Source: a bacterium (GTDB lineage: Bacteria > Omnitrophota > Gorgyraeia > Zapsychrales > Zapsychraceae). Taken from it: DNA of 64,000 bases. The stretch spans positions 194,239-258,238 of the forward strand of contig JAUIER010000002.1 in the NCBI GenBank assembly GCA_030429765.1, given 5' to 3'. The position numbers and the translations under genes are program-made. The notes under the pieces were generated by a model that had not been told where the DNA came from, ran no database searches, and saw only the letters and a list, made by a program, of their open reading frames with translations. This document shows positions 12,603-23,097 of the stretch, one piece after another; position 1 is the first letter of the stretch, and every line of letters begins with the position of its first letter.

Positions 12603-15600
12603 TCAGCTTTTCTCTTTTTTGTCTTTAGATTTATCTAAAATTTTCGGTGTCGCGCCTTCCTGAGCACCAACTCGAACCATCTTAATATCCAGACACAGCC
12701 CTTGGAGTTCCTTCACAAGAACATTGAACGATTCAGGCGTACCAGGTGTCAGTTTTTGCTGACCTTTGACAATGGCTTCGTACATACGGCTTCGACCCGT
12801 GACATCGTCACTCTTGACCGTCAGCATTTCCTGAAGTGTATACGCCGCACCGTATGCTTCTAGCGCCCATACCTCCATCTCACCAAAACGCTGTCCACCA
12901 AAATGAGCCTTACCACCCAGTGGCTGTTGCGTAACCAACGAGTATGGACCGATCGATCGAGCGTGAATCTTTTCATCAACAAGGTGATTTAGCTTCAACA
13001 TGTAGATGATCCCGACCGTGACCTTTTGGTCAAACGGTTGCCCGGTATAACCGTCAAATACCGTGGTTTTTCCGTCTTCCGGTAAACCTGCTTCAGCTAA
13101 AGTCGAACGAATTTCGTCTTCGCTAGCGCCGTTAAATACAGGTGTTTCCGAGTAGAAGCCCAATGCCCGTGCAGCCCATCCAAGATGTGTCTCAAGCAAC
13201 TGCCCCACATTCATTCGAGAAGGCACACCCAATGGATTTAACACGATATCAACAGACGATCCATCCTCCAAGAATGGCATGTCTTGCTCGGGAAGAATAC
13301 GAGATACAATCCCTTTGTTTCCGTGACGACCGGCCATCTTGTCACCTTCTGACAGCTTACGCTTGGTTGCCACGTAAACGATAACTCGCTTTAACACACC
13401 GGCTGGAAGCTCATCTCCACGCTTGACGCGCTCGATCTCATTAAGCTCTTCTTCTTCCAACTCAGCCATTTTGTCACGATCAAAACGTAAAACTTCATAT
13501 TCGTCTGATTCGTCATCAAAATCACTCATTTTGAGTTTACTAATCTTGCTCTTGGCCACACCAAGCGCTAGTAATTTCTTTTCCTTCTCTTCCGCCTGGA
13601 ATTCACGCTCCTGGGCGTAGTAAGCTTTGATTTTCTCAATTGCTTCCGTTTCTTTGGCCTTGTCAACTTTACTCTTGCGGCCGCGTTCGTTACGCTGGAA
13701 AATCTCTGTGTTGACAACAACACCTTCAATCCCGGGCGATAAAGTAAGCGATGTATCACGAATGTCAGCCGCTTTTTCCCCGAAAATAGCCCGTAGCAAA
13801 CGCTCTTCAGGCGATAACTCTTTTTCACTTTTAGGTGTAACCTTACCGACGAGAATGTCACCGGACTTGACTTCGGCACCAATACGGATAATCCCATCCT
13901 CGTTAAGGTTGTTGAGTGAATCTTCGCTCACATTTGGAATATCTCGCGTGATTTCTTCATTACCCAGACGCGTCTCGCGACATTCAACTTCAAATTTTTC
14001 GACATGAATGGACGTAAAAACATCATCCCGAACAATACGTTCATTGATTAGAATCGCATCCTCAAAGTTGTAGCCTCGCCATGGCATGAATGCGACCAAA
14101 ACGTTTCGCCCCAGTGACAATCGACCATGCTGCGTACCAATACCGTCAGCGATAGTCTGCCCCGCCTTGACTTTCTCACCGATACCGACAAGAGGGCGCT
14201 GATGAATACACGTATTAGCATTCGTTCGTTGATAATTTTTTAGTGGGTATACTGTTTTGTCGATGACAATCTCGGAAGCGTCAACTTTGGTTACCGTGCC
14301 GCTTTCTTTCGCTAGTACGACAACACCTGAATCACGTGCTACCTTGCCTTCCATACCTGTTCCGACTCGTGGCACTTCTGGACACATAAGCGGAACGGCT
14401 TGGCGCTGCATGTTTGACCCCATCAAAGCACGGTTCGCGTCGTCGTGCTCAAGAAACGGAATCAAGGAAGCCGCTACCGACACGATCTGCTTCGGGGACA
14501 CATCCATGTACCCGATATCCTTGGGCCTGACGCGTGGAAAATCAGTCTTATATCTGCACAGAACATCCTCCGTCTCAAAGGCTCCATCCTCCGCCACAGG
14601 CGCGTTGGCCTGCGCTACGTACTCGCCCTGATCCATATCAGCCGTCAAATATTCAATCTTTTTGGACACCTTCCCATCGACAACTTTTCGGTAAGGTGTT
14701 TCAATGAATCCAAGATCGTTGACCCGCGCGCAGTTGGTAAGGGAGGCGATCAACCCAATGTTTGGACCTTCCGGAGTCTCAATTGGACACACACGACCAT
14801 AGTGAGTAGGATGCACGTCACGAACCTCAAAACCAGCCCGCTCGCGTGACAAACCTCCTGGTCCAAGCGCGGATAGACGGCGCTTGTGTGTCATTTCAGA
14901 CAGTGGATTGACCTGGTCCATAAACTGGGACAACTGGCTTCTGGCAAAGAAATCCTGAATTTGATTTGAAAACAATCGTGAATTGATTAAATGGTGTGCG
15001 GTTAGGTTCTCGAAATTGGTCATAACAACCAGACGCTCTTTGATTGAACGCTCTAATCGAGCCAGACCGATACGAACCTGATTTTGGACAAGCTCCCCAA
15101 CGGTCTTAATACGTCGGTTTCCAAGGTGATCGATATCATCTGTTTCCCCTCGACCTTCACGGAGTCCAACTAAATACCGCATGACTTCGGCGACAGTTCC
15201 GATGTCCAAGACTCGGTTATCCAGCGGAATGTCCATACCTAACTTACGATTGATAATGTGTCGACCGACTTTACTCAAGTCGTATCTTTTTGGCTCGAAG
15301 AACAATCGGAAGAACAGATTATCGGCAACTTCCACCGTGGCCGGCTCAGTTGGCCGCATCTTACGGTAGAAATCAAGCAACGCTTCTTCCTTGGTTTCGG
15401 TATGATCTTTCTCCAACGTCGCTTCCAGATACTTGAAGTCATCACCTAGAAGTTGCTGCATTTCGTCGGTCGTCGAGAGCCCCATAATCCTCAAAATCTG
15501 AGTTGCCGGAAAATTTCGACGTCGATCAATGTATGCCAATAAGACATTATTCAAATCATACTTGATCTCAAACCATGCGCCTCGGGACGGAATAATACGC

Positions 15601-16079
15601 CCGTGATACAAGGCCTTACCGGTTGGATGCATCTCAACCTCAAAAGAAACACCCGGCGGTCGCTGAATTTGCGAAACTACGACCCGCTCATCACCGTTGA
15701 TGATAAACGTTCCGGTGTCCGTCATCAGCGGAAAATCACCGAAGTAAACTTCCTGCTCCTTGATATCGACCGGTGTAATCAGCCTTAGTTTGACCTTCAA
15801 TGGAGCAGAAAATGTCATACCCCGACGCTTACATTCGATCGAGGAGTATTTTTCTTTTCCAAGCGTATAGTTGATGTACTCAAGTTTGATTTGACCATCG
15901 TAACTTTCAAGTGGAAACACCTCGGCAAAAACTTCTTCCAATCCATGATCGTCCCTTTTGTCCGGTTCGACATATCGCTGAAGAAAATTTTCGTAGGCCA
16001 CCAATTGGATGTCCAGCAATTGAGGCAATTCGAAATTGTCTTGAAACTTACTGAAGTTTTTTATCGTTATTTTTTCCAT
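12603..16079 (-). CDS. rpoB: RNA polymerase beta subunit
   Basis: [32 protein letters not shown]; 1158 aa. Confidence 0.99.
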   Translation of the reverse strand: MEKITIKNFSKFQDNFELPQLLDIQLVAYENFLQRYVEPDKRDDHGLEEVFAEVFPLESYDGQIKLEYINYTLGKEKYSSIECKRRGMTFSAPLKVKLRLITPVDIKEQEVYFGDFPLMTDTGTFIINGDERVVVSQIQRPPGVSFEVEMHPTGKALYHGRIIPSRGAWFEIKYDLNNVLLAYIDRRRNFPATQILRIMGLSTTDEMQQLLGDDFKYLEATLEKDHTETKEEALLDFYRKMRPTEPATVEVADNLFFRLFFEPKRYDLSKVGRHIINRKLGMDIPLDNRVLDIGTVAEVMRYLVGLREGRGETDDIDHLGNRRIKTVGELVQNQVRIGLARLERSIKERLVVMTNFENLTAHHLINSRLFSNQIQDFFARSQLSQFMDQVNPLSEMTHKRRLSALGPGGLSRERAGFEVRDVHPTHYGRVCPIETPEGPNIGLIASLTNCARVNDLGFIETPYRKVVDGKVSKKIEYLTADMDQGEYVAQANAPVAEDGAFETEDVLCRYKTDFPRVRPKDIGYMDVSPKQIVSVAASLIPFLEHDDANRALMGSNMQRQAVPLMCPEVPRVGTGMEGKVARDSGVVVLAKESGTVTKVDASEIVIDKTVYPLKNYQRTNANTCIHQRPLVGIGEKVKAGQTIADGIGTQHGRLSLGRNVLVAFMPWRGYNFEDAILINERIVRDDVFTSIHVEKFEVECRETRLGNEEITRDIPNVSEDSLNNLNEDGIIRIGAEVKSGDILVGKVTPKSEKELSPEERLLRAIFGEKAADIRDTSLTLSPGIEGVVVNTEIFQRNERGRKSKVDKAKETEAIEKIKAYYAQEREFQAEEKEKKLLALGVAKSKISKLKMSDFDDESDEYEVLRFDRDKMAELEEEELNEIERVKRGDELPAGVLKRVIVYVATKRKLSEGDKMAGRHGNKGIVSRILPEQDMPFLEDGSSVDIVLNPLGVPSRMNVGQLLETHLGWAARALGFYSETPVFNGASEDEIRSTLAEAGLPEDGKTTVFDGYTGQPFDQKVTVGIIYMLKLNHLVDEKIHARSIGPYSLVTQQPLGGKAHFGGQRFGEMEVWALEAYGAAYTLQEMLTVKSDDVTGRSRMYEAIVKGQQKLTPGTPESFNVLVKELQGLCLDIKMVRVGAQEGATPKILDKSKDKKEKS

Positions 16080-16123
16080 GTATACTATACGCCCCGGTTA
16101 AAGGTTCATAAAAAGCAGACCGA

Positions 16124-16573
16124 TTACTTGATTTCGACTTTTGCTCCAGCAGCCTCAAGCTTCTTCTTAAGCTCTTCAGCTTCCTCTTTAGAAACACCTT
16201 CTTTAACCGCTTTTGGTGCAGCTTCAACTAGATCCTTAGCTTCTTTCAGCCCTAGACTTGTTGCGCCACGAACTTCTTTAATAACGGCAATCTTCTGTGC
16301 TCCAGCTTCCGCCAAAATAACATCGAATTCAGTCTTTTCTTCGGCCGCTTCACCGCCACCAGCGGCTCCACCTGCCATTGGCATCATCATTCCGCCAGCC
16401 ATTGGTGCTGCTGCCTGAATTCCCAATCGATCTTCCAATCCTTTAACTAGTTCAGATAGCTCAAGTGCAGTCAGACCCTCGATTGTCTTAGCGACTTCTT
16501 CCAATTTTGGTGAAAGCACAACGCTGTCTTTTTTATCTTCTGATTGTTCTGTCGCTGTATTCTCTTCAGCCAT
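16124..16573 (-). CDS. rplL: 50S ribosomal protein L7/L12
   Basis: [10 protein letters not shown]...KIAVIKEVR...[11 protein letters not shown]. Confidence 0.97.
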   Translation of the reverse strand: MAEENTATEQSEDKKDSVVLSPKLEEVAKTIEGLTALELSELVKGLEDRLGIQAAAPMAGGMMMPMAGGAAGGGEAAEEKTEFDVILAEAGAQKIAVIKEVRGATSLGLKEAKDLVEAAPKAVKEGVSKEEAEELKKKLEAAGAKVEIK

Positions 16574-16574
16574 T

Positions 16575-17105
16575 TTAATTTCCTCCCTTTTTCTCGCTGT
16601 ATTGTTTCAATATCGATAACAAATCGCGTGATTTTGCGTTTAAAGCCCCCGCTAATCGGGTTAGTGGAGCTTGAATTGTTCCTAATAGTGTGGATAGCAA
16701 AACTTCCCTTGGTGGTAAATCTGACAAGACCTTGACATCAGCATCTGCCAATACACGTCCATCCAACAGACCACCTTGAACGCTGACATTTTCCTTCTCC
16801 TTGGAAAATTCCACTAGAATTTTTGATACAGCCGCTGAATCCGCGCTTGTCCAAACAAAAGCTGTTTGGCTCGCTACTCGGTCAGCGAGAGCATCGTGTC
16901 CCAGCTCCTTGAGCGCATTCTCCGCAATTGAATTCTTGGAGACAAACATTGACGCTCCGGCCTTTTTCAAATCTTTTCGCAAATCACTTAAGACCAATCC
17001 AGACAAATTCGAAAAACTGACAACGAAAACACCTTCGTTGGTTTCGATCGCGTCTTTGATCCGGTTATTAAACTGCGTTCGGTATATTTTTCCTACTGTT
17101 GTCAT
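16575..17105 (-). CDS. rplJ: 50S ribosomal protein L10
   Basis: LSDLRKDL...VSKNS...[14 protein letters not shown]; between rplA and rplL. Confidence 0.93.
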   Translation of the reverse strand: MTTVGKIYRTQFNNRIKDAIETNEGVFVVSFSNLSGLVLSDLRKDLKKAGASMFVSKNSIAENALKELGHDALADRVASQTAFVWTSADSAAVSKILVEFSKEKENVSVQGGLLDGRVLADADVKVLSDLPPREVLLSTLLGTIQAPLTRLAGALNAKSRDLLSILKQYSEKKGGN

Positions 17106-17782
17106 AGCGCCACCTTTAAACCCGGCCCCATCGTCGTCGATAAAGAAACCGACTTGATCAGATTACCCTTTAGTGAAACCGGCTTAGCCTGATTAATTGC
17201 ATCCAATAGCGTTTGGATGTTCTCTTTGATTTTATCCTTCGAAAACGACCGCTTTCCGACACCTACATGTATCCCTGCCTGCTTGTCCGATTTGAATTCG
17301 ATCTTTCCGGCCTTCACATCCGCAATCGCCTTTTCGATATCTGTCGTTACGGTTCCCGCCTTTGGCGTTGGCATAAGTCCGCGAGGGCCCAAAACCTTAC
17401 CCAGCTTGCTTAAATCCCGCATCATATCCGGAGACGCGATAACCACATCAAAATCCAAAAATCCTTTGGAAACTTTGTCGATCAGTTCCGTGGAACCGAC
17501 ATAATCGGCCCCCGCCTCTTTGGCCTTGCTTTCCATCTCGCCTTTGCAGAACACGGCGATTCGGACCGTCTTACCAATCCCGTGCGGAAGAACAACAGTC
17601 CCTCGAACGATTTGATCCGATGACTTGGGATTAACTGTTAATGCAAAGTGCAATTCAACAGATTCATCAAACTTTACTTTTGGAAATTTCTCAATACTAC
17701 CGATCGCCTCATCCAATGAGTATACTTTTTCGGCATCAAACAGCTTGCGAGCTTCTTTCATTCGTTTGCTTGTATGTCCCAT
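17102..17782 (-). CDS. rplA: 50S ribosomal protein L1
   Basis: KFDESVE, VRGTVVLPHG, LGPRGLMP, STTMGPG. Confidence 0.98.
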   Translation of the reverse strand: MGHTSKRMKEARKLFDAEKVYSLDEAIGSIEKFPKVKFDESVELHFALTVNPKSSDQIVRGTVVLPHGIGKTVRIAVFCKGEMESKAKEAGADYVGSTELIDKVSKGFLDFDVVIASPDMMRDLSKLGKVLGPRGLMPTPKAGTVTTDIEKAIADVKAGKIEFKSDKQAGIHVGVGKRSFSKDKIKENIQTLLDAINQAKPVSLKGNLIKSVSLSTTMGPGLKVAL

Positions 17783-18207
17783 TATTCCTTCACCTCAATT
17801 CCCATGCTACGGGCGGTTCCCATAATCGTTTTGATCGCCTCGTCAAGATTTTCAGTATTTAAATCTTCCATTTTGGTTTTGGCAATTTCCTTGATCTGCG
17901 CCATATCCAGAGACCCGATCATTTCTTTGCCAGCCATGCCTGAGGCCTTGGCCAGATTCGCAGCCTTCTTCAACAAAACTGAACTCGGAGGGGTCTTGAT
18001 GATAAAGTCAAATGATTTGTCCTTGTACACCGAGATGACCGCCGGCAAGATTAAACCTTCCCTGCCTTTGGTTTTTTCATTGAACGCCTTGCAGAACCCC
18101 ATGATGTTAACACCATGCTGACCCAGCGCCGGACCTACTGGCGGTGCCGGATTGGCCTGCCCTGCCGGAACGTATAACTTTATTTGCGCAACAACTTCCT
18201 TAGCCAT
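17782..18207 (-). CDS. rplK: 50S ribosomal protein L11
   Basis: [15 protein letters not shown]; GTARSMG. Confidence 0.98.
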   Translation of the reverse strand: MAKEVVAQIKLYVPAGQANPAPPVGPALGQHGVNIMGFCKAFNEKTKGREGLILPAVISVYKDKSFDFIIKTPPSSVLLKKAANLAKASGMAGKEMIGSLDMAQIKEIAKTKMEDLNTENLDEAIKTIMGTARSMGIEVKE

Positions 18208-18255
18208 AACATTAACTCCAAATTAACAATCCGTCACATGACGGCTTCATTGACC

Positions 18256-18789
18256 TTATAACTTTTCAACCTGCCAATATTCCAGCTCTACCAGTGTAGA
18301 ACGTCCGAATATGGATACGCTGACTTTGAGTTTTCCGCGGTCGGGATAGACATCGGTGACCGCTCCATTGAAATTCGCGAATGGCCCCTGGGCAATTCTG
18401 ATAGACTCGCCGATCTCAAACGTTGTTTTCGGCATCGGCTTGACTTCGGTATCTTCTGTTCGCTGCAAAATGCGCTTTACTTCATCTTCGGTGATCGGTG
18501 CCGGCTTTCGTCCTGGACCAATAAATCCGGTAATTCCTGGTGTCGTTTTGACCAGATACCAACTTTCCTTGCTCATGTCCATCTTGATCAAGATGTAACC
18601 CGGAAAAAACTTTCGGGATGTAATTCGTTTTTTACCGGACCGAACTTCGGAAACCTGCTCTGTCGGAACGACGATTTCTTCGACATATTTTTTCAAATCT
18701 GTCGAGGCCATCTTGCTTTCAAGTCCCGCTCTAGCCTTCTCTTCGGAACCAGTTTGTGTATGGATAACGTACCACTTCATTTCGCTCAT
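18256..18789 (-). CDS. nusG: Transcription factor NusG
   Basis: WYVIHT, FFPGYILI, KOW motif GPFANF...IFGR. Confidence 0.98.
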   Translation of the reverse strand: MSEMKWYVIHTQTGSEEKARAGLESKMASTDLKKYVEEIVVPTEQVSEVRSGKKRITSRKFFPGYILIKMDMSKESWYLVKTTPGITGFIGPGRKPAPITEDEVKRILQRTEDTEVKPMPKTTFEIGESIRIAQGPFANFNGAVTDVYPDRGKLKVSVSIFGRSTLVELEYWQVEKL

Positions 18790-18796
18790 AAGTCGA

Positions 18797-18982
18797 TTAC
18801 CTGATAATGATTCCTAGCAACTTTGAAAGAACAAAATCACATGCGGCGATGAAGCAGCCCAGGAATGCTGAACTGATAATAACCACATACGTTGCGTCCC
18901 AAAGATCTTTTTTGGTGGTCCATGAAACTTTTTTGAGTTCGACAACTACTTCGCTAATAAATTTTTTGATTTTTCCAAACAT
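18797..18982 (-). CDS. secE: Preprotein translocase SecE
   Basis: ELKKVSW followed by one TM helix; between tRNA-Trp and nusG. Confidence 0.95.
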   Translation of the reverse strand: MFGKIKKFISEVVVELKKVSWTTKKDLWDATYVVIISSAFLGCFIAACDFVLSKLLGIIIR

Positions 18983-19035
18983 AACGTGATTACCGAGTTT
19001 TGTTGATTTTTAGGACACCACTGTATTTTAAAAAA

Positions 19036-19109
<74 letters not shown>

Positions 19110-19129
19110 AAAGCCTTTCGACTCCAAAT

Positions 19130-19300
19130 CTACTTCTTCACTTCACGGTGCAGCGTATGCTTTCGCAAATGCGGACAATACTTTTTCAGCTCCAGACGCT
19201 CCGGGTGCTTTTTTTTGTCCTTCTTAGTCGTGTAGTTGATGCGACCGGATTCTTCGCACTTAAGCAAAATTGTTTCTCGGTTGTTTTTTTTCTTTGCCAT
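19130..19300 (-). CDS. rpmG: 50S ribosomal protein L33 (below the ORF-track size cutoff)
   Basis: Manual translation [56 protein letters not shown] (56 aa); canonical position before tRNA-Trp-secE. Confidence 0.96.
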   Translation of the reverse strand: MAKKKNNRETILLKCEESGRINYTTKKDKKKHPERLELKKYCPHLRKHTLHREVKK

Positions 19301-19334
19301 CGGAATAACCTATACTTGAAATCTTTTTAATTTA

Positions 19335-19407
19335 AGCCCCCGACCGGACTTGAACCGGAGACCTCGTCCTTACCAAGGACGTGCTCTACCAACTGAGCTA
19401 CAGGGGC
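19335..19407 (-). tRNA. tRNA-Thr(GGT)
   Basis: Reverse complement GCCCCTGTAGCTCAGTTGGTAGAGCACGTCCTTGGTAAGGACGAGGTCTCCGGTTCAAGTCCGGTCGGGGGCT; anticodon GGT; no encoded CCA. Confidence 0.96.
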
Positions 19408-19476
19408 AGACCTTTATTCTCAATTTTGTTGACAGAAATTATACATAGTTGATCAATTATATATAATAAGTAATCA

Positions 19477-19504
19477 AGTATATATATTTTTATTGGTTTG
19501 TCAA
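19477..19504 (-). promoter_or_regulatory. Sigma70-type promoter of the tRNA-Thr/ribosomal cluster
   Basis: TTGACA-N16-TATACT in a very AT-rich intergenic region. Confidence 0.7.
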
Positions 19505-19570
19505 GTTTTTTATTTAAACTATAGTTTTGCTAACTAATACGTAATTCAATCACTTACAACTTTTGGCTAT

Positions 19571-20740
19571 TTATGATAATTCCAAAAAACGCCGTTTGCC
19601 AATCTTTAGGACTCCAGGTCGCAATTCCCAATTCTCATCTTCTAACTTATTGCCATCAAATGAGATAGCGCCTTGTTGCAGTAACCGTCTCACCTCTTTC
19701 TTAGAAGACACCATCTTACAATCTGTCAGCACAGTCAAAATATTCGCACCGTCCTTCAGATCACTTAGCCGGCACACCGGCATATTCTCCGGGGTCTGGT
19801 GCTGACTAAAAACCTTTTCAAAACCCTGTCGCGCCGAGAGAGCCGCAGCCTCATCATGAAACTGCTGAACAATCTGCCCGGCCAATTGGAGCTTGGCCTC
19901 TTTGGGATGCAAATCCTTAACTGAATCCAGATCGGTATCTGTCAAATACTCGTAGTACTTCATCATTAGTTCATCACTGATCGACATCACTTTGCCAAAT
20001 ATCTCGTCGGGAGACTCATTAATACCGATGTAATTGTCCAACGACTTACTCATCTTTTTGACGCCGTCTGTTCCTTCAAGAAGCGGGGTCATCATCACAA
20101 CCTGCGGATTTTGGGACAAATTTTCTTGCATTTGGCGCCCCATCAACAGATTAAATTTCTGATCATTGCCCCCCAACTCGACATCGGCTTTAAGATGCAC
20201 CGAGTCGTACCCCTGGAGCAACGGATATAAAAATTCCAGGATACTGATCTCCTTACCGTCATCGTATCTTTTCTTAAAATCCGCTCGGGCCAACATCTGA
20301 GCGACGGTCGCATGTGTAGTCAGTTCGACCACTTGTTGAGACGAAAGTCCATCTAACCATTGGCTGTTAAAGACGACGCGCGTCTTGGTCTCATCCAGAA
20401 TCTTGAACACTTGCTGCTTGTACGTCTTGGCATTTTCCTCTATCTCACTACGGTCTAATTGCTTACGAAGTTTATCGCGCCCTGTCGGATCACCGATTTG
20501 AGCGGTAAAATCACCGATCAGAAAGTGCACTGTATGACCTAAATCCTGAAATTGCCTAAGTTTTCGAAGCAAAACCACATGGCCTAGATGGATATCGGGG
20601 GCCGTAGGATCGAAGCCGGCCTTGATGATGAGTGGCTGACCCGTTTCCTGACTCTTGATGAGCTTTTTCTTAAGACTTTCGGTGTTGATAATTTCGGTGG
20701 TGCCGCGGGATAGAATTTTGAGGATGTCTGGAATTGACAT
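19571..20740 (-). CDS. tyrS: Tyrosine-tRNA ligase
   Basis: GFDPTAPDIHLGH (HIGH), YPLLQGYD, KMSKS, C-terminal S4-like domain; start moved to MSIPD because the ORF-track start lies inside a terminator. Confidence 0.96.
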   Translation of the reverse strand: MSIPDILKILSRGTTEIINTESLKKKLIKSQETGQPLIIKAGFDPTAPDIHLGHVVLLRKLRQFQDLGHTVHFLIGDFTAQIGDPTGRDKLRKQLDRSEIEENAKTYKQQVFKILDETKTRVVFNSQWLDGLSSQQVVELTTHATVAQMLARADFKKRYDDGKEISILEFLYPLLQGYDSVHLKADVELGGNDQKFNLLMGRQMQENLSQNPQVVMMTPLLEGTDGVKKMSKSLDNYIGINESPDEIFGKVMSISDELMMKYYEYLTDTDLDSVKDLHPKEAKLQLAGQIVQQFHDEAAALSARQGFEKVFSQHQTPENMPVCRLSDLKDGANILTVLTDCKMVSSKKEVRRLLQQGAISFDGNKLEDENWELRPGVLKIGKRRFLELS

Positions 20741-20761
20741 AATACGATTGGGTGTGGGTTT

Positions 20762-20804
20762 AAAAAATGGCACCCTTCCCCTATATAAAGGGAAAGAGTG
20801 CCAT
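20762..20804 (-). terminator. Intrinsic terminator after rpsA
   Basis: ATGGCACTCTTTCCCT-loop-AGGGGAAGGGTGCCAT followed by a T run. Confidence 0.8.
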
Positions 20805-20823
20805 GTATACTGAAGCGTGAGCC

Positions 20824-22371
20824 TTAGATTTTAGCGCTTACGCCAATTTTCATTTGATCGACGTCGACCTTGATGATCTTGATACGTAATTTGTCACCTG
20901 GTTGCAACGCGTCAGCCTTTTCTTTGTCAATCTCCGACGAGTAGACCAGAGCTTCAACCTCGTCGTCTAATTTGACGAATACACCAAAGTTGGAGTTCAA
21001 CACAACCTCGGCATCCATTTCTGTATCAACCGGATACTTCTCCGCAATTGACGGCCATGGATTTTCAGATAATTGCTTGAGCCCGAGATTGATCTTTCGA
21101 TTGTCTGGATCTACGGCGAGGACAACGACCTCAACCTCCTGACCTTTTTCAAGGACATCTTGAGGATGATTTATCTTTCGTGTCCAGGACATGTCAGAGA
21201 TGTGGATCATTCCCTCTAAGCCTGAAGAAAGCTCCACAAAGGCACCATAATCGGTGAATCCGCGGACACTTCCCTTAACACTCGAATTGACCTTGTATTG
21301 ACCGACAGCGTCCTGCCAAGGATTTTCTTCCAACTGCTTCATACTCAATGAGATACGCTTGGAATCCTTGTCGACATTGATAATTTGCACATCAATCTCG
21401 TCACCAACTTTGAACATTTCCTGCGGATTGACAAGCTTTTTCTGCCAGGTGATTTCAGAAGAGTGAAGCAAACCTTCGATTCCCTTCTCAATTTCAACGA
21501 AAACCCCATATGGCATCACATTAACAACTCGCCCCTTGGTCCGCGTACCCGTAGGGTACTTTTCGTATATATCGTCCCATGGGTTAGAGACAATCTGCTT
21601 AAGCCCCAAGGAAACCTTGGAACCGCTTTGATCATAATCTAGAATCAAGACTTCGATCTTGTCACCAATGCTGACAATTTCAGACGGATGATTAATGCGA
21701 GTCCAACTCATGTCTGTGATATGAAGTAGTCCGTCCACACCGCCAAGGTCAATAAATGCCCCAAAGTCTGTAATTCCTTTAACAGTCCCGGTACGTTTTT
21801 GCCCTTTCTCGAGTTCGCCCCACAGTTTATCCCGAACCATGTCACGTTCTTTCTGAACCACTTCCCGTCTGGAAAGGATCAGATTCCGGCGAGCCTTGTT
21901 GAGTTTGGCAACCGTAAATGTATATTTGTTAGCCATAATCTCTTCAGCTGGAACTCCTTTGAACGCTGACAGAGACATAGGTAAGAAAGCTTCAACACCC
22001 TGAATGTCGACGATAAAACCACCTTTGACCTGTTTTACGATACGACCTTCAATTTGATCCCCTTCATTGATGGAGTCACCGATCTTCATCCATCCGCGAA
22101 GCTTCTCAGCTTTCAAGCGTGACAGAATCAATCGACCGTCGTCGTCCTCAATGGACTCAATTAACACATCAATTTCGGTATCCACCTCTAGATTTTCGAC
22201 ATTTCTAAACTCTTCAACCGACACAAAACCTTCGGATTTGAAACCGATGTCGACCACGGCTTCCTTTTCGTTGAAGGCTACAACCGTACCTTTGACGATT
22301 TCACCTTCCTTAATGTCGCGAAATGTATTTTGGTACATTTCCTCCATTAATGCTTGTTTGTTTTCACTCAT
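20824..22371 (-). CDS. rpsA: 30S ribosomal protein S1
   Basis: Repeated S1 domains (TDFGAFIDLGGVDGLLHITDMSW etc.); 515 aa. Confidence 0.96.
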   Translation of the reverse strand: MSENKQALMEEMYQNTFRDIKEGEIVKGTVVAFNEKEAVVDIGFKSEGFVSVEEFRNVENLEVDTEIDVLIESIEDDDGRLILSRLKAEKLRGWMKIGDSINEGDQIEGRIVKQVKGGFIVDIQGVEAFLPMSLSAFKGVPAEEIMANKYTFTVAKLNKARRNLILSRREVVQKERDMVRDKLWGELEKGQKRTGTVKGITDFGAFIDLGGVDGLLHITDMSWTRINHPSEIVSIGDKIEVLILDYDQSGSKVSLGLKQIVSNPWDDIYEKYPTGTRTKGRVVNVMPYGVFVEIEKGIEGLLHSSEITWQKKLVNPQEMFKVGDEIDVQIINVDKDSKRISLSMKQLEENPWQDAVGQYKVNSSVKGSVRGFTDYGAFVELSSGLEGMIHISDMSWTRKINHPQDVLEKGQEVEVVVLAVDPDNRKINLGLKQLSENPWPSIAEKYPVDTEMDAEVVLNSNFGVFVKLDDEVEALVYSSEIDKEKADALQPGDKLRIKIIKVDVDQMKIGVSAKI

Positions 22372-22449
22372 TCGAATGACCTCTCTTTTTTTATTTTTTC
22401 AGACGTAAATACATACAGTTTCCATGCACTTATACGCCTGAAGATAGAC

Positions 22450-22477
22450 ATTATCCCAAAATAGTTTAATTTGTCAA
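22450..22477 (-). promoter_or_regulatory. Putative rpsA promoter
   Basis: TTGACA-N16-GATAAT with TG extension of the -10 box. Confidence 0.6.
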
Positions 22478-22509
22478 ACAAAAATTATCCGGCTAGAGGT
22501 GAGAAAATA

Positions 22510-23094
22510 CTACGGGGCGAGGCTGTAAATCGATTTAAGAATTTTCTGGGAAATTTCGGGATATTTTTGATCGCGATTGATGGCGATCGGAGCCCCAATC
22601 TTGACCCGAACGGGATGAAACTTGAACCACTTGGCCCCGTTAGGCAGTGCCCCATCCGAACCTTCAATGTAGGCCGGAATCACGGCCACACCACTCTTTT
22701 GAGCAATGAATCCCACGCCCGGATTGGCCTTTTTCTGCCGATTGCCGGCACCTCTGGTGCCTTCAGGGAACAATATGAGGGGAATACCGCCTTTTAGACG
22801 CCTCAGCGCCTCCCGGAGCGCCCCGAAATCCGAAGCCCCCCGCTTGATCGGGAACGCGCCCATCCCGCGAAAGAGAAAATTCATGAGCGGCTTCTTGAAT
22901 AGCTCTTCCTTGGCCAAAAAACTGAACCTACGCGGTCGACAAATACCTACGACAAACGGATCCAGGTTACTCACATGATTGCAAACCAGTATAAACGGCT
23001 TACCGGCCGGCAAATGTTCAACGCCCACAAATTTGGTACGGAAATAGATCAAATCCACAATCCGCATGAGCACGTAACATGGCCAGTAAATCAT
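22510..23094 (-). CDS. plsC: 1-acyl-sn-glycerol-3-phosphate acyltransferase
   Basis: NHVSNLD (HX4D), FLAKEELF, FPEGTR. Confidence 0.9.
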   Translation of the reverse strand: MIYWPCYVLMRIVDLIYFRTKFVGVEHLPAGKPFILVCNHVSNLDPFVVGICRPRRFSFLAKEELFKKPLMNFLFRGMGAFPIKRGASDFGALREALRRLKGGIPLILFPEGTRGAGNRQKKANPGVGFIAQKSGVAVIPAYIEGSDGALPNGAKWFKFHPVRVKIGAPIAINRDQKYPEISQKILKSIYSLAP

Positions 23095-23097
23095 AGG

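Noticed and set aside
20741-20823. T-box riboswitch before tyrS
   Set aside because: The region is too short and lacks the T-box sequence.
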